From assembly GCF_036971445.1 (NCBI RefSeq), contig NC_091473.1:207514001-207578000 (forward strand): a DNA stretch of 64,000 nucleotides, given 5' to 3'. The position numbers and the translations under genes were made by a program. How positions within the stretch are numbered: position 1 is the stretch's first letter; every line of letters begins with the position of its first letter. Below are positions 11,998 to 21,913 of the stretch, in pieces. The stretch is from Narcine bancroftii (Eukaryota). Below the pieces are notes generated by a model that was given only the letters and a program-made list of their open reading frames with translations, ran no database searches and was not told where the DNA came from.

Positions 11998-12383
11998 TTA
12001 TGCACAAGAGGTAAAACTATCAGTGAGAACAAGTGAGACGTTGACCAAGGTGGGTTTGCTGTGAGATTTATTGATGCTTCTGAACAGATTAGTTGTGAGT
12101 GACTCATGTCCCATCAAGCAGGAGAAAGTGGTGCCACGATCCCACTCCTCTGGAGAAACCTTCAACTGACTGGTCATCGTGTTCCAGCCACTTCTGGGGT
12201 CCTCAGTCACTGGATGGTTGACAAAGCCAGTCTTCAGAAGGATGTCGTTGGCCATCCAGGCCACCTAGATGTCTGCAGGAGAGAACTTCTTGACTAGGCA
12301 CATCAGGGTTGTAGACTGATCGCCCTCTAACTCTTCTGATGAAGGGGGGAGGAGGTAGATGTGAGGAGAAGTCACAACTCCAC
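11998..12383 (-). pseudogene. IgW: IgW last constant exon Cw6 with secretory tailpiece; in-frame TAG at 12265-12267
   Basis: cccag acceptor; [18 protein letters not shown]...[24 protein letters not shown]...EWDRGTTFSCLMGHESL...KSHSKPTLVNVSLVLTDSFTSCA*. Tail has NVS sequon and penultimate Cys typical of Ig secretory tailpieces. Confidence 0.92.
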
Positions 12384-12944
12384 CTGGGAACAGAACGAAC
12401 CTCAGTTAGGTTGCATCATTCAATAATTCTGTGCTGAACCCACACATTGTGCTTTCAAACCAACATGGGCAACTTCTACATCTTGAGGGATTTCACTTTA
12501 CCTGACACTGGAGCCTTTTCCCTTTCTACTCATTGTTGGGATGTGCAGGGTGGAAGCCTTGACTCGGACACATTTTAAAGCTTCCAGAGAGGTTTGTCTG
12601 TTCCGTTTAATCAGTGGAAGCCACTGATCACAGAGACTCCACAGAAAGTGGGTCAGACCATGGACTTGACTCATCCTGTGCTGTTTGGTCCATCTCCCCC
12701 TCTGCTTCAATGATCTGCTGAACTTCAGTCTGTGCCTCAGCCTCCCTGCCCTTCCACCCACTGCCTTGACTCAGTCTCTCCCTCAGGGTTTGAAAGCTGC
12801 AGATCCTTCTCCCTCGACATCATCACAGGAACTCACCCCGCAGCTGAGTTTGGTTTTGGATGAGGCTGCTGTGGTGATTTGTGGTCTTACTGGTTTTCTC
12901 TGGAGGCTTCAGTCTTCCTTTGCTCCTTAATATTCTCTGACCAA

Positions 12945-13330
12945 CATGAGAAGACCTTCTCCAAGGCAAAGAAGAATGTGGGGAGTCTCATGGAAACTAT
13001 AACATTCTGAACTGATTGGACAGAATCGATACTGGAAGAATGTTCCTGATGGCGGCAGAATCCAGGAACAAGGGTGACAGGCTGAAGATGGTGTGAGAGG
13101 AGGAATGATAGAAAGGAGAATGGTGAACCTGGGGAATTCTCTGCCACAAAGAGGAGTTGAAGCCCCGTGAGTAAATATGTTCAAAGATGAGCTGGATATT
13201 GTTCCAAGGGTAAAAGTTCAAGGGGCATGGAGAGAAGGCAGGAATAGGGGGCGCAATTTGAATGATCTGCTGTGATCATATTGAATGGTTAAGCAGCAAT
13301 GAAAGGTTGAATGGCCTACTTCTACTCTCT
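12945..13330 (+). mobile_element. CR1 LINE 3' fragment
   Basis: CR1-type 3' end (agaatccaggaacaagggtgacagg...aatggcctacttct), compare 22800-23120. Confidence 0.65.
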
Positions 13331-13477
13331 AATTTTCCCTGAGTCCACCACACTGCTGAATGGTGACATATGCTTTGCTTCTGTACATTACACAATGTAA
13401 ATGACAAAACCTCAATATTTATTATCATTCCTCTACTTGCTTAGATCAGAATCACACCAAGCTCTCTCTTCACGTAC

Positions 13478-13786
13478 CTGTGGCCTTCGTAATGGACCTC
13501 TTCTCCGGTGTTGGCAAACTCTTGTCCTCCACCACGCACGAGTACTCAGTTCCTATCTCCCACTCCGCAGCGGGGACCGTCAGTCTGCTGATAATCATGT
13601 CTTCACCTCCGTTCCTATTTGGACCCTGAGTTCTCACCCCATCTTTTCTCTCACTTCCATCCACTTGCCAGGTTACCCTGAATCCCTCTAAATCACCATG
13701 GACCACCTCACATAGAATGGTCGCCGTCCTGTTCATCCAGATCTCTTCGAAGGAAGGTTTTCTTAAAGATTTTGAGGGGCTGGTAT
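13478..13786 (-). CDS. IgW: IgW constant exon Cw5 (309 nt, open)
   Basis: gttcag acceptor and G|GTACGT donor; KPSFEEIWMNRTATILCEVVHGDLEGFRVTWQVDG...EWEIGTEYSCVVEDKSLPTP; homologous to IgNAR C4 / IgW C5. Confidence 0.92.
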
Positions 13787-14653
13787 CTGAACAGTCATCA
13801 GGGAGAAACGTCATAATTATTATTTCACCATTCTCTAAAGGATGGGGCATCACTGGTGAGACCAACATTTCATACTCATCTCCAGCAAATAATTTGTTGG
13901 TCGCATCAGATCAGTCGAGACTTATCTACGTTGATGGAGGAATGCGGTTTCCCAAATTGAGCAGACAGGGTAAACCCTCCTCAGGAATATCAATGAACAA
14001 GTTTGTCTCTGATGTAAGTTGGACAGTTTCATGGACACATAAGCTGTTCCCAGCCACTTATTAAAACAAAAACAGAAAATTCCAAACATTTCAGGCTGCA
14101 CCTGTGCAGAGGGAAGCAGAGCTAATATTTTAGTTCAGAAATATTCCAGCAATTTTCCTTGACATTTTAAAAAATCAAGCATCAGAAATATTTGATCTTT
14201 ATTACAACTGTTAAAATGCATTTGGCCCCCATGAAGTGTAACTGAAATCTCTTGCTGCTTTGCCAGAATGTTTTGTGTTCAAGCTGTCCTGCAGAGGCTT
14301 CCACACATTGCCCAGGCTAACTCTTCCCATGCTGGAGCAGAGAGAGTGCTGCCCTGCTGCAGATTCAGTCATGGCTGAGGCCATGACCAGAGGCCCAGAA
14401 TACATTCAAAGACAGAAGGAGAGACCATTTGGAAGAAGAATATCCGGGATCTCCAGGGCATCTGGCCAGTGAAATGGTTTGTATTGTGCTCAAGTTATGA
14501 AATCAATTTCAGGGATACAATTATTTCTCTGGCCAAGATTCTGGAGGATCCGTTCAGTCATAAAACTATAAGAGGGCTGCACCATGTTTCTGTCTGGCAC
14601 AATTCATAGCATAAAGCAAACAATGTCAACACTGGAGTGGGTCGGGACCTTTC

Positions 14654-14971
14654 CTTAGACATTCCACTCTTCCTTTGTGATGCTGGTGTTGGAGGAGGGA
14701 TGAGACACCATGCAGTTGAAGACTATGCCTGTCTTCCACTCCTGTGAACTCACAGCCAGGAAGTGGCTGGCAATGAAAGTCCCATCCTGCTCCAGAGCAG
14801 TCCGTGTCGAGGTGGTGTGGGAGGAGATTAGGGAGTGATCTTTCTTCCAGGTGACATCAATGTGGTCTGGGTAGAATCCCGAGACCACACACTCGAGGGT
14901 AGCCATGATCCTTTGCTTGGACTCATGGTATGGTGGAGGCAGCAGTCTGACCGCAGGAGGTTTCATCTCAA
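14654..14971 (-). CDS. IgW: IgW constant exon Cw4; last codon is TAA and the splice donor is GA instead of GT
   Basis: ttccag acceptor; VEMKPPAVRLLPP...TLECVVSGFYPDHIDVTWKKD...TALEQDGTF...EWKTGIVFNCMVSHP; ends GTC TAA G|GAAAGG where the paralog has ATG CAA G|GTACGG. Confidence 0.9.
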
Positions 14972-15056
14972 CTGGAACAGAAGGACAAAGAAAACATTTA
15001 ACTCTTTCTCACATCATCACTGATATTTGTTGTTTAATCAGTGAGTTCTTGCCCAC

Positions 15057-15356
15057 CTTTGGTGCTTTTTGTCCATGCTGACACTGGTGAGGATAAATGA
15101 TCTTGGGCAGAACACATGTACTCAATGCCGCTGGACCACTCCTCCACGCTGGTCTGGAGTCGGCTGATTATTGTGTTTTGGAACCCTTTCCTTCTGGGCT
15201 GTTGGGTCTCAGCTCCATCACTTCTATCCTCCCCGTTCATCTCCCAGGAGATATGGACTTTCTTCGGATCAGCAGAGAGGACTGTGCACACCAGAGCAGC
15301 TGTTTTGTTGATCCACATCTCTTTAATGGAGGGATTTTGAATTGAGACAAACAATT
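15057..15356 (-). CDS. IgW: IgW constant exon Cw3 (300 nt, open)
   Basis: ccacag acceptor and G|GTGGGC donor; SIQNPSIKEMWINKTAALVC...VHISWEMNG...SVEEWSSGIEYMCSA; 85-nt intron to Cw4. Confidence 0.92.
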
Positions 15357-16466
15357 CTGTGGATCAGAAACAGGAGATGTCAGAATTGTAGTGGAAGCTT
15401 TTCTCTTTGTGATGGAAAGTCAGAGCAGATCCAAGTGCATTGTGGCAGTGAGCTGGAAACAGGATAACAGAAACTCGCAAGGGTGGAAAGGTGTGCTGCA
15501 AATGTTGGCGGGGAAAATAAACTCAGTATAAAGGACCTGCCAAATGGGTTTAATCGCCTTCCCCACAACTGTGACCACGAGGTTCAGAGCAGGGACTCGA
15601 TGGGAGGTGAGAGGCTGAACATTTTGATGCTGCAAAACCATTCACAGGTTTTTGGGAAGCCAGAAGAGAGGGAAGTCTGCATAAGGGAGGGAGGGAGAAA
15701 ACGGGAAATTATAGACCAGTCAGCCTGACGTCAGTGGTGGGGAAGATATTGGAATCTATCATAAAAGGAGTAATAGCAGAACACTTAGGCAGAAATAATA
15801 GTATAAGGGCTAGTCAGCATGGATTCCTTAAGGGTAAGTCATGCTTGACTAACCTGGAATTTTTCAAGGATGTGACAAAGAGGGTGGACTTGGGAGAGCC
15901 AGTGGATGTGGTGTATTTGGACTTCCAGAAGGCCTTTGATAAGGTACCCCACGGGAGACTAGTGGGCAAGATCAGGGAGCATGGTATTGGAGGTAAGGTG
16001 CTGACATGGATAGGAAATTGGTTAAGAAATATGAAACAAAGGTTTTTTTTTAAATTTTTCACACCATAAATCACAATAGCCATGATATACACTTTTTCTT
16101 TTCCACACATTTACAGTGACTTTTTCTCCCTCCCCCCTCCCTCCTCCCAAGCCACCCCCCACCCCCCCCCCTCTCATCCATTTTAGGTATACAATCTAGG
16201 TTGCATTAATTCAGTTAGACAATGTTGTCATTCAACAAAAATACACCAGAAATTCTACTGAGTCCATTCTTTTCTTTTCTTCTCCTTCCATCAACTTAGG
16301 TAATGTTTGTTCCCGGTAGGTTTTCGCTATTGTATTTAATGTAAGGCTCCCATACTTGTTCGAATATTTCAATATTATTTCTTAAACTATATGTTATTTT
16401 TTCTAATGGAATACATTTATTCATTTCTATATACCATTGTTGTATTTTCAAATTATCTTCCAATTT

Positions 16467-19400
16467 TCAGGTTGACATAATACATTTTTTTGCTACGGCT
16501 AGGGCTATCTTGACAAATCTTTTTTGTGCATCTTCCAAGTCAATTCCAAATTCTTTATTTTTTATGTTACTTAGGAGAAAGATCTCTGGATTCTTTGGTA
16601 TATTGTTTTCTGTTATTTTATTTAATATCTGATTGAGATCATCCCAAAATTTTTCTACTCTCTCACATGTCCAGATTGCATGAATTGTTGTTCCCCTTTC
16701 TTTTTTACATCGAAAACATCTATCAGATACTGTTGGGTCCCATTTATTTAACTTTTGTGGTGTAATGTATAGTCTGTGTAACCAATTATATTGTATCATA
16801 CGCAGCCTCGTATTTATTGTATTTCTCATCGTTCCAGAGCATAACTTCTCCCATGTTTCCTTTTTTATCTTTATATTTAAATCTTGTTCCCATTTTTGTT
16901 TAGTTTTACCATTTGTTTCCTCATTTTCCTTTTCTTGCAGTTTAATATACATATTTTTTATAAATCTTTTGATTAACATTGTATCTGTAATCACATATTC
17001 AAGGTTACTTCCCTCTGGTAAACTCAGGTTGCTTCCTAATTTATCTTTCAAGTAGGATCTCAGTTGGTAATATGCCAGCGCTGTATCTCCAGTTATATTG
17101 TACTTATCTCTCATTTGTTCAAAGGATACGAATCTACTTCCTGAAAAACAATTTTCTATTCTTTTAATCCCTTTTTTTTCCCATTTTCTAAAGGCAAGGT
17201 TGTCTATTGTAAAAGGGAGTAGCTTATTTTGCGTCAATATTAGTTTTGGTATTTGGTAATTTATTTTATTTCTTTCTACATGAATCTTCTTCCATATATT
17301 GAGGAGATGGTGTAATACTGGAGAAGTTCTATGTTGTACCAATTTTTCGTCCCATTTATATAATATGTGTTCAGGTATCTTTTCCCCTATTTTATCTAAT
17401 TCTAGTCTCGTCCAGTCTGGTTTTTCCCTTGTTTGATAAAAATCTGATAGGTACCTTAATTGTGCGGCTCTATAATAATTTTTGAAGTTTGGCAATTGTA
17501 AGCCTCCTTGTTTATACCATTCTGTTAATTTATCTAGTGCTATCCTCGGTTTCCCCCCTCTCCATAAAAATCTCCTTATTATTTTCTTTAACTCTTTGAA
17601 GAATTTTTCTGTCAGTTGTATTGGCAATGCCTGAAATAAGTATAGTATCCTTGGAAAAATGTTCATTTTAATACAGTTTATCCTTCCTATCAGTGTTAGT
17701 GGTAGCTCTTTCCAATGCTCTAAATCGTCCTGTAATTTTTTCATTAGTGGATTGTAATTGAGTTTATATAATTGGCCTAGATTTTTGTTTATTTGCACAC
17801 CTAGGTATCTTATTGCCTGCGTTTGCCATCTGAATGGGGATTCCTCCTTAAATTTTGAGAAATCCGCGTTATTCATAGGCATTGCTTCACTTTTATTTAC
17901 GTTTATCTTGTATCCCGACACTTCTCCATATTCCTTCAATTTCTTATATAGTTCTTTTATTGATAGTTCTGGTTCTGTTAAGTACACTATCACATCATCC
18001 GCAAACAGACTGATTTTATATTCCCTGTCTTTTATTTTTATTCCTTTTATATTATTATCTATTCTTATCGATTCTGCTAGTGGTTCTATAGCTAGCGCAA
18101 ACAATAATGGTGATAGTGGGCATCCCTGCCGCGTTGACCTGCTTAAGTTAAATTGCTTTGATACATGTCCATTTACTGTCACTTTCGCTAACGGTCCCTT
18201 ATATAATGCTTTAATCCAATTAATATACTTCTCTGGTAAACTGAATTTTTGCAATACTTTGAACAAGTAATTCCATTCTACTCTGTCGAAGGCCTTCTCT
18301 GCGTCTAAAGCAACTGCTACTGCCGGTGCTTTATTTCCTTCTACTGCATGAATTGAGTTAATAAATTTACAAATATTGTCTGTTGTGCGTCTTTTTTTGA
18401 TAAATCCAGTTTGGTCTAAATTTACCATTTTTGGTACCTGTTCTGCTAATCTGTTCGCTAATAGTTTAGCTATTATCTTATAATCTGTGTTTAGCAGAGA
18501 TATTGGTCTATATGACGCTGGTGAGAGTGGATCTTTCCCTTGTTTTAGTATCACTGTAATTATTGCTGTTTTACATGAATCTGGTAAGTTTTGTGTCTCA
18601 TCAATCTGGTTGATTACATCCAGGAGGGGCGGTATTATTAGGTCTTTAAATGTTTTGTAGAATTCTATTGGGAGTCCATCCTCTCCTGGTGTCTTATTAT
18701 TTGGTAAATTTTTTATTATCTCTTGTATTTCTACTGTTCCAAATGGTTCTGTTAATTTATTTTGTTCCTCTATTTGTAGTTTTGGTAGTTCAATTTTAGT
18801 CAAAAATTTATCTATTTTCCCTTCTTTCCCTTCGTTTTCGGTTCGGTATAATTGTTCATAGAATTCTCTGAAGTTTTCCTTAATTTCTTTTGGATTATAT
18901 GTAATTTGTTTGTCTTTTTTCCTTGTTGCCAATACCATTTTCTTAGTTTGCTCTGTCTTAAGCTGCCATGCTAGGATTTTGTGTGTTTTTTCCCCTAGTT
19001 CATAATATTTCTGTTTTGTCTTCATTATATTCTTCTCCACCTTATATGTTTGTAATGTTTCATATTTTATTTTTTTATCCGCCAATTCTCTTCTTTTGGT
19101 TGTATCTTCCTTTATTGCTAATTTTTTTTCTATGTTTATTATTTCCCTTTCCAACTGCTCTGTTTCCTGATTATAGTCCTTCTTCATCTTGGTTGCATAA
19201 CTTATTATTTGCCCTCTAATGAATGCTTTCATTGCGTCCCATAGTATAAACTTATCTTCCACTGATTCCGTATTTACTTCAAAGTACATTTTTAATTGTT
19301 TTTCAATAAATTCTCTAAAATCCTGTCTTTTAAGTAGCATGGGGTTTAATCTCCATCTATACATTCTTGGAGGGATGTCCTCTAGCTCTATTGCCAATAA

Positions 19401-20093
19401 CAGGGGTGAGTGGTCCGATAATAGTCTCGCTTTATATTCCGTTTTCCTAACTCTCCCTTGAATGTGGGCTGATAACAGGAATAGGTCTATCCTTGAGTAT
19501 GTTTTATGTCTAGTCGAGTAGTATGAGTATTCCTTTTCTTTTGGGTTTTGTTTCCTCCATATGTCCACAAGTTTCATTTCTTGCATTGATTTAATTATAA
19601 ATTTGGTTACTTTGTTCTTCCTGTTAATTTTTTTCCCCGTTTTATCCATATTTGGATCCAAATTCAGATTGAAATCCCCTCCTATTAGTATGTTCCCTTG
19701 CGTATTATCTACCTTCAAAAAGATATCTTGCATAAACTTTTGATCTTCTTCGTTAGGTGAATATATATTAAGTAGATTCCAAAGCTCTGAATATATCTGA
19801 CATTTTATCATAACATATCTCCCTGCTGGATCTATTATTTCCTCTTCTATTTTAAATGGCACATTTTTGCTAATTAATATAGCCACTCCTCTTGCTTTTG
19901 AATTATACGATGCTGCTGTTACATGTCCTACCCAATCTCTCTTTAATTTCTTGTGCTCCAATTCAGTTAAGTGTGTTTCTTGGACAAATGCTATATCTAT
20001 TTTTTCCTTTTTCAGTAAATTTAGTAGTTTCTTCCTTTTAATTTGGTTATGTATTCCATTAATATTTAGAGTCATATAGTTCAGCGTAGCCAT
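16467..20093 (-). CDS. L1 ORF2p (APE endonuclease, RT, C-terminal Cys-rich domain); premature TGA removes the last 57 aa
   Basis: VQETH, GGDFN, SDH (EN); [29 protein letters not shown] (RT); CFRC...H...C. Copy B continues WKLEDN...GTNIT* where copy A has TGA. Confidence 0.93.
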   Translation of the reverse strand: MATLNYMTLNINGIHNQIKRKKLLNLLKKEKIDIAFVQETHLTELEHKKLKRDWVGHVTAASYNSKARGVAILISKNVPFKIEEEIIDPAGRYVMIKCQIYSELWNLLNIYSPNEEDQKFMQDIFLKVDNTQGNILIGGDFNLNLDPNMDKTGKKINRKNKVTKFIIKSMQEMKLVDIWRKQNPKEKEYSYYSTRHKTYSRIDLFLLSAHIQGRVRKTEYKARLLSDHSPLLLAIELEDIPPRMYRWRLNPMLLKRQDFREFIEKQLKMYFEVNTESVEDKFILWDAMKAFIRGQIISYATKMKKDYNQETEQLEREIINIEKKLAIKEDTTKRRELADKKIKYETLQTYKVEKNIMKTKQKYYELGEKTHKILAWQLKTEQTKKMVLATRKKDKQITYNPKEIKENFREFYEQLYRTENEGKEGKIDKFLTKIELPKLQIEEQNKLTEPFGTVEIQEIIKNLPNNKTPGEDGLPIEFYKTFKDLIIPPLLDVINQIDETQNLPDSCKTAIITVILKQGKDPLSPASYRPISLLNTDYKIIAKLLANRLAEQVPKMVNLDQTGFIKKRRTTDNICKFINSIHAVEGNKAPAVAVALDAEKAFDRVEWNYLFKVLQKFSLPEKYINWIKALYKGPLAKVTVNGHVSKQFNLSRSTRQGCPLSPLLFALAIEPLAESIRIDNNIKGIKIKDREYKISLFADDVIVYLTEPELSIKELYKKLKEYGEVSGYKINVNKSEAMPMNNADFSKFKEESPFRWQTQAIRYLGVQINKNLGQLYKLNYNPLMKKLQDDLEHWKELPLTLIGRINCIKMNIFPRILYLFQALPIQLTEKFFKELKKIIRRFLWRGGKPRIALDKLTEWYKQGGLQLPNFKNYYRAAQLRYLSDFYQTREKPDWTRLELDKIGEKIPEHILYKWDEKLVQHRTSPVLHHLLNIWKKIHVERNKINYQIPKLILTQNKLLPFTIDNLAFRKWEKKGIKRIENCFSGSRFVSFEQMRDKYNITGDTALAYYQLRSYLKDKLGSNLSLPEGSNLEYVITDTMLIKRFIKNMYIKLQEKENEETNGKTKQKWEQDLNIKIKKETWEKLCSGTMRNTINTRLRMIQYNWLHRLYITPQKLNKWDPTVSDRCFRCKKERGTTIHAIWTCERVEKFWDDLNQILNKITENNIPKNPEIFLLSNIKNKEFGIDLEDAQKRFVKIALAVAKKCIMST

Positions 20094-20692
20094 TTTATAT
20101 TTTGTTTATCTTCTCTTTCCGTTTTTCCATCATTAGCTTTCCTCCTTTTCCATTTCTGTTTTCTTATTTTCAACTCTTTACCAGACAACATTCCTACAAC
20201 ATCCAACATTTTCCTTATTCTCCTATTTCTATCTTCTTTATCCCCAATCTCCCCTTCCCCTCCTGAGTTGCCCTTTATCCCTTGTCGGACAACCACATCT
20301 CCCCTCTCCATTTGGATTTGCGAATCCACTCGCAAGCGTCAACTGATTTTGCAGTGACCGCTCTTTTCCCCCACCCAGCCCCCCCCAGAAAAGATTTCGC
20401 TTTTTATATGTCACAAAGGTCACTCTTTTAATTCCCTCCTTATTCTCTCTATTCCATTACCTTCCCTTATTAATTCTTGTCTATACTCTCTATGTTTTCC
20501 TCTAATTACAGATACTTTCACATATGCCCATTGTCTCTATTCACTCTTATACCTCTTTACCCGCATACATATCAATTGTGGTCATTTTTACCCTCCTTAC
20601 CCGTCTTCATCCCTCAGTCTATTTTTGTCTTTACCCACATACATATCAATCGTGATGATTTTTGCTCTCATTACCCGTCTTCATCCCTCAGT

Positions 20693-21913
20693 CTATTTTT
20701 GTAATTGTTCTGCAAATTTTCGTGCTTCTTCTGGATCCGAGAATAGTCTGTTTTGTTGTCCTGGAATAAATATTTTCAATACCGCAGGATGCTTCAGTGT
20801 AAATTTATATCCTTTCTTCCATAAAATCGCTTTTGCTGCATTGAACTCTTTTCTCTTCTTTAGGAGTTCAAAGCTTATATCTGGATAAATGAAGATTTTT
20901 TGCCCTTTATACTCCAGTGGTTTGTTGCCCTCTCTTACTTTTTCCATTGTCTTCTCCAGTACCTTTTCTCTTGTAGTATATCTTAGGAATTTTACTACAA
21001 TAGATCTTGGTTTTTGTTGTGGTTGTGGTTTAGGGGCCAATGCTCTATGTGCCCTTTCTATTTCCATTTCTTGCTGTAGTTCTGGACATCCTAGGGCCTT
21101 AGGGATCCATTCTTTTATAAACTCCCTCATATTCTTGCCTTCTACATCTTCCTTAAGGCCCACTATCTTTATGTTATTTCTTCTGTTATAATTTTCCATT
21201 ATATCTATTTTTTGGGCTAGTAATTCTTGTGTCTCTTTAGTTTTTTTATTAGATTCCTCCAATTTCTTTTTTAAGTCTTCTACCTCCATTTCTGCTGCTA
21301 TTGCCCGTTCTTCCATCTTGTCCATTTTTTTCCCCATTTCTGTTAAGGTCATATCCATTTTATTTATTTTCTTTTCTGTGTTGTTTATTCTTCTTCTTAT
21401 ATCATTGAATTCCTGTGTTTGCCATTCTTTAAATGACTCCATGTATCCTCTAACAAGAGCAAGTATATCCTTTACCTTGCCTTTCCCTTTATCTATTTCA
21501 CTGTATTCTTCCTCTTCTTCTTCCTCTAGGTTGACCATCTGTTGTTTCTTTGCTGCCCTTTCCTCCTCTTCTTTCTTGTTTCCATTGTCTTCTGTCGTCT
21601 CTTCTTGCTGCAGGTGTTCTGCAGCTGTCGTTGCCGGATGTGGAGATCGACTCCCCAGCTGGTCCCCCCTCCCATCGGTGTGTTTTTTTTCATGCGCATC
21701 GTGCATGCGCGAGGAGTCGCGCATGCGCGGTTGCACACTTTTACTCGGCTCTGTGAGCCATTGTTGTAGTTCTCTTTCTACCGACCTGAGGTAGTGGGGT
21801 CTTCTCTCCACAGCGGGCCTCTTCGGACAGGTAAGGCCTTCACCTTTTTCCTCCGTTGTCTTCTCTTCCTCTCTTCTTTCCGTTGATTTTGATTTTTCTC
21901 CTTTTCTCTCCAT
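20693..21913 (-). CDS. L1 ORF1p (coiled coil, RRM, CTD); true start codon uncertain
   Basis: ENYNRRNNIKIVGLKE, IERAHR, PRSIVVKFLRY, IFIYPDIS motifs. Confidence 0.9.
   Translation of the reverse strand: MERKGEKSKSTERREEEKTTEEKGEGLTCPKRPAVERRPHYLRSVERELQQWLTEPSKSVQPRMRDSSRMHDAHEKKHTDGRGDQLGSRSPHPATTAAEHLQQEETTEDNGNKKEEEERAAKKQQMVNLEEEEEEEYSEIDKGKGKVKDILALVRGYMESFKEWQTQEFNDIRRRINNTEKKINKMDMTLTEMGKKMDKMEERAIAAEMEVEDLKKKLEESNKKTKETQELLAQKIDIMENYNRRNNIKIVGLKEDVEGKNMREFIKEWIPKALGCPELQQEMEIERAHRALAPKPQPQQKPRSIVVKFLRYTTREKVLEKTMEKVREGNKPLEYKGQKIFIYPDISFELLKKRKEFNAAKAILWKKGYKFTLKHPAVLKIFIPGQQNRLFSDPEEARKFAEQLQK

Noticed and set aside
11998-15356. Assignment of these exons to IgNAR or IgM
   Set aside because: They are homologous to IgNAR C2-C5, but the upstream Cys-rich short secretory exon and the tailpiece KPTLVNVSLVLTDSF fit IgW; domain pattern does not fit IgM.
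17758-21794. Hydrophobic antisense ORFs conserved in both L1 copies
   Set aside because: By-products of the A-rich L1 sense strand; conservation only reflects copy identity.
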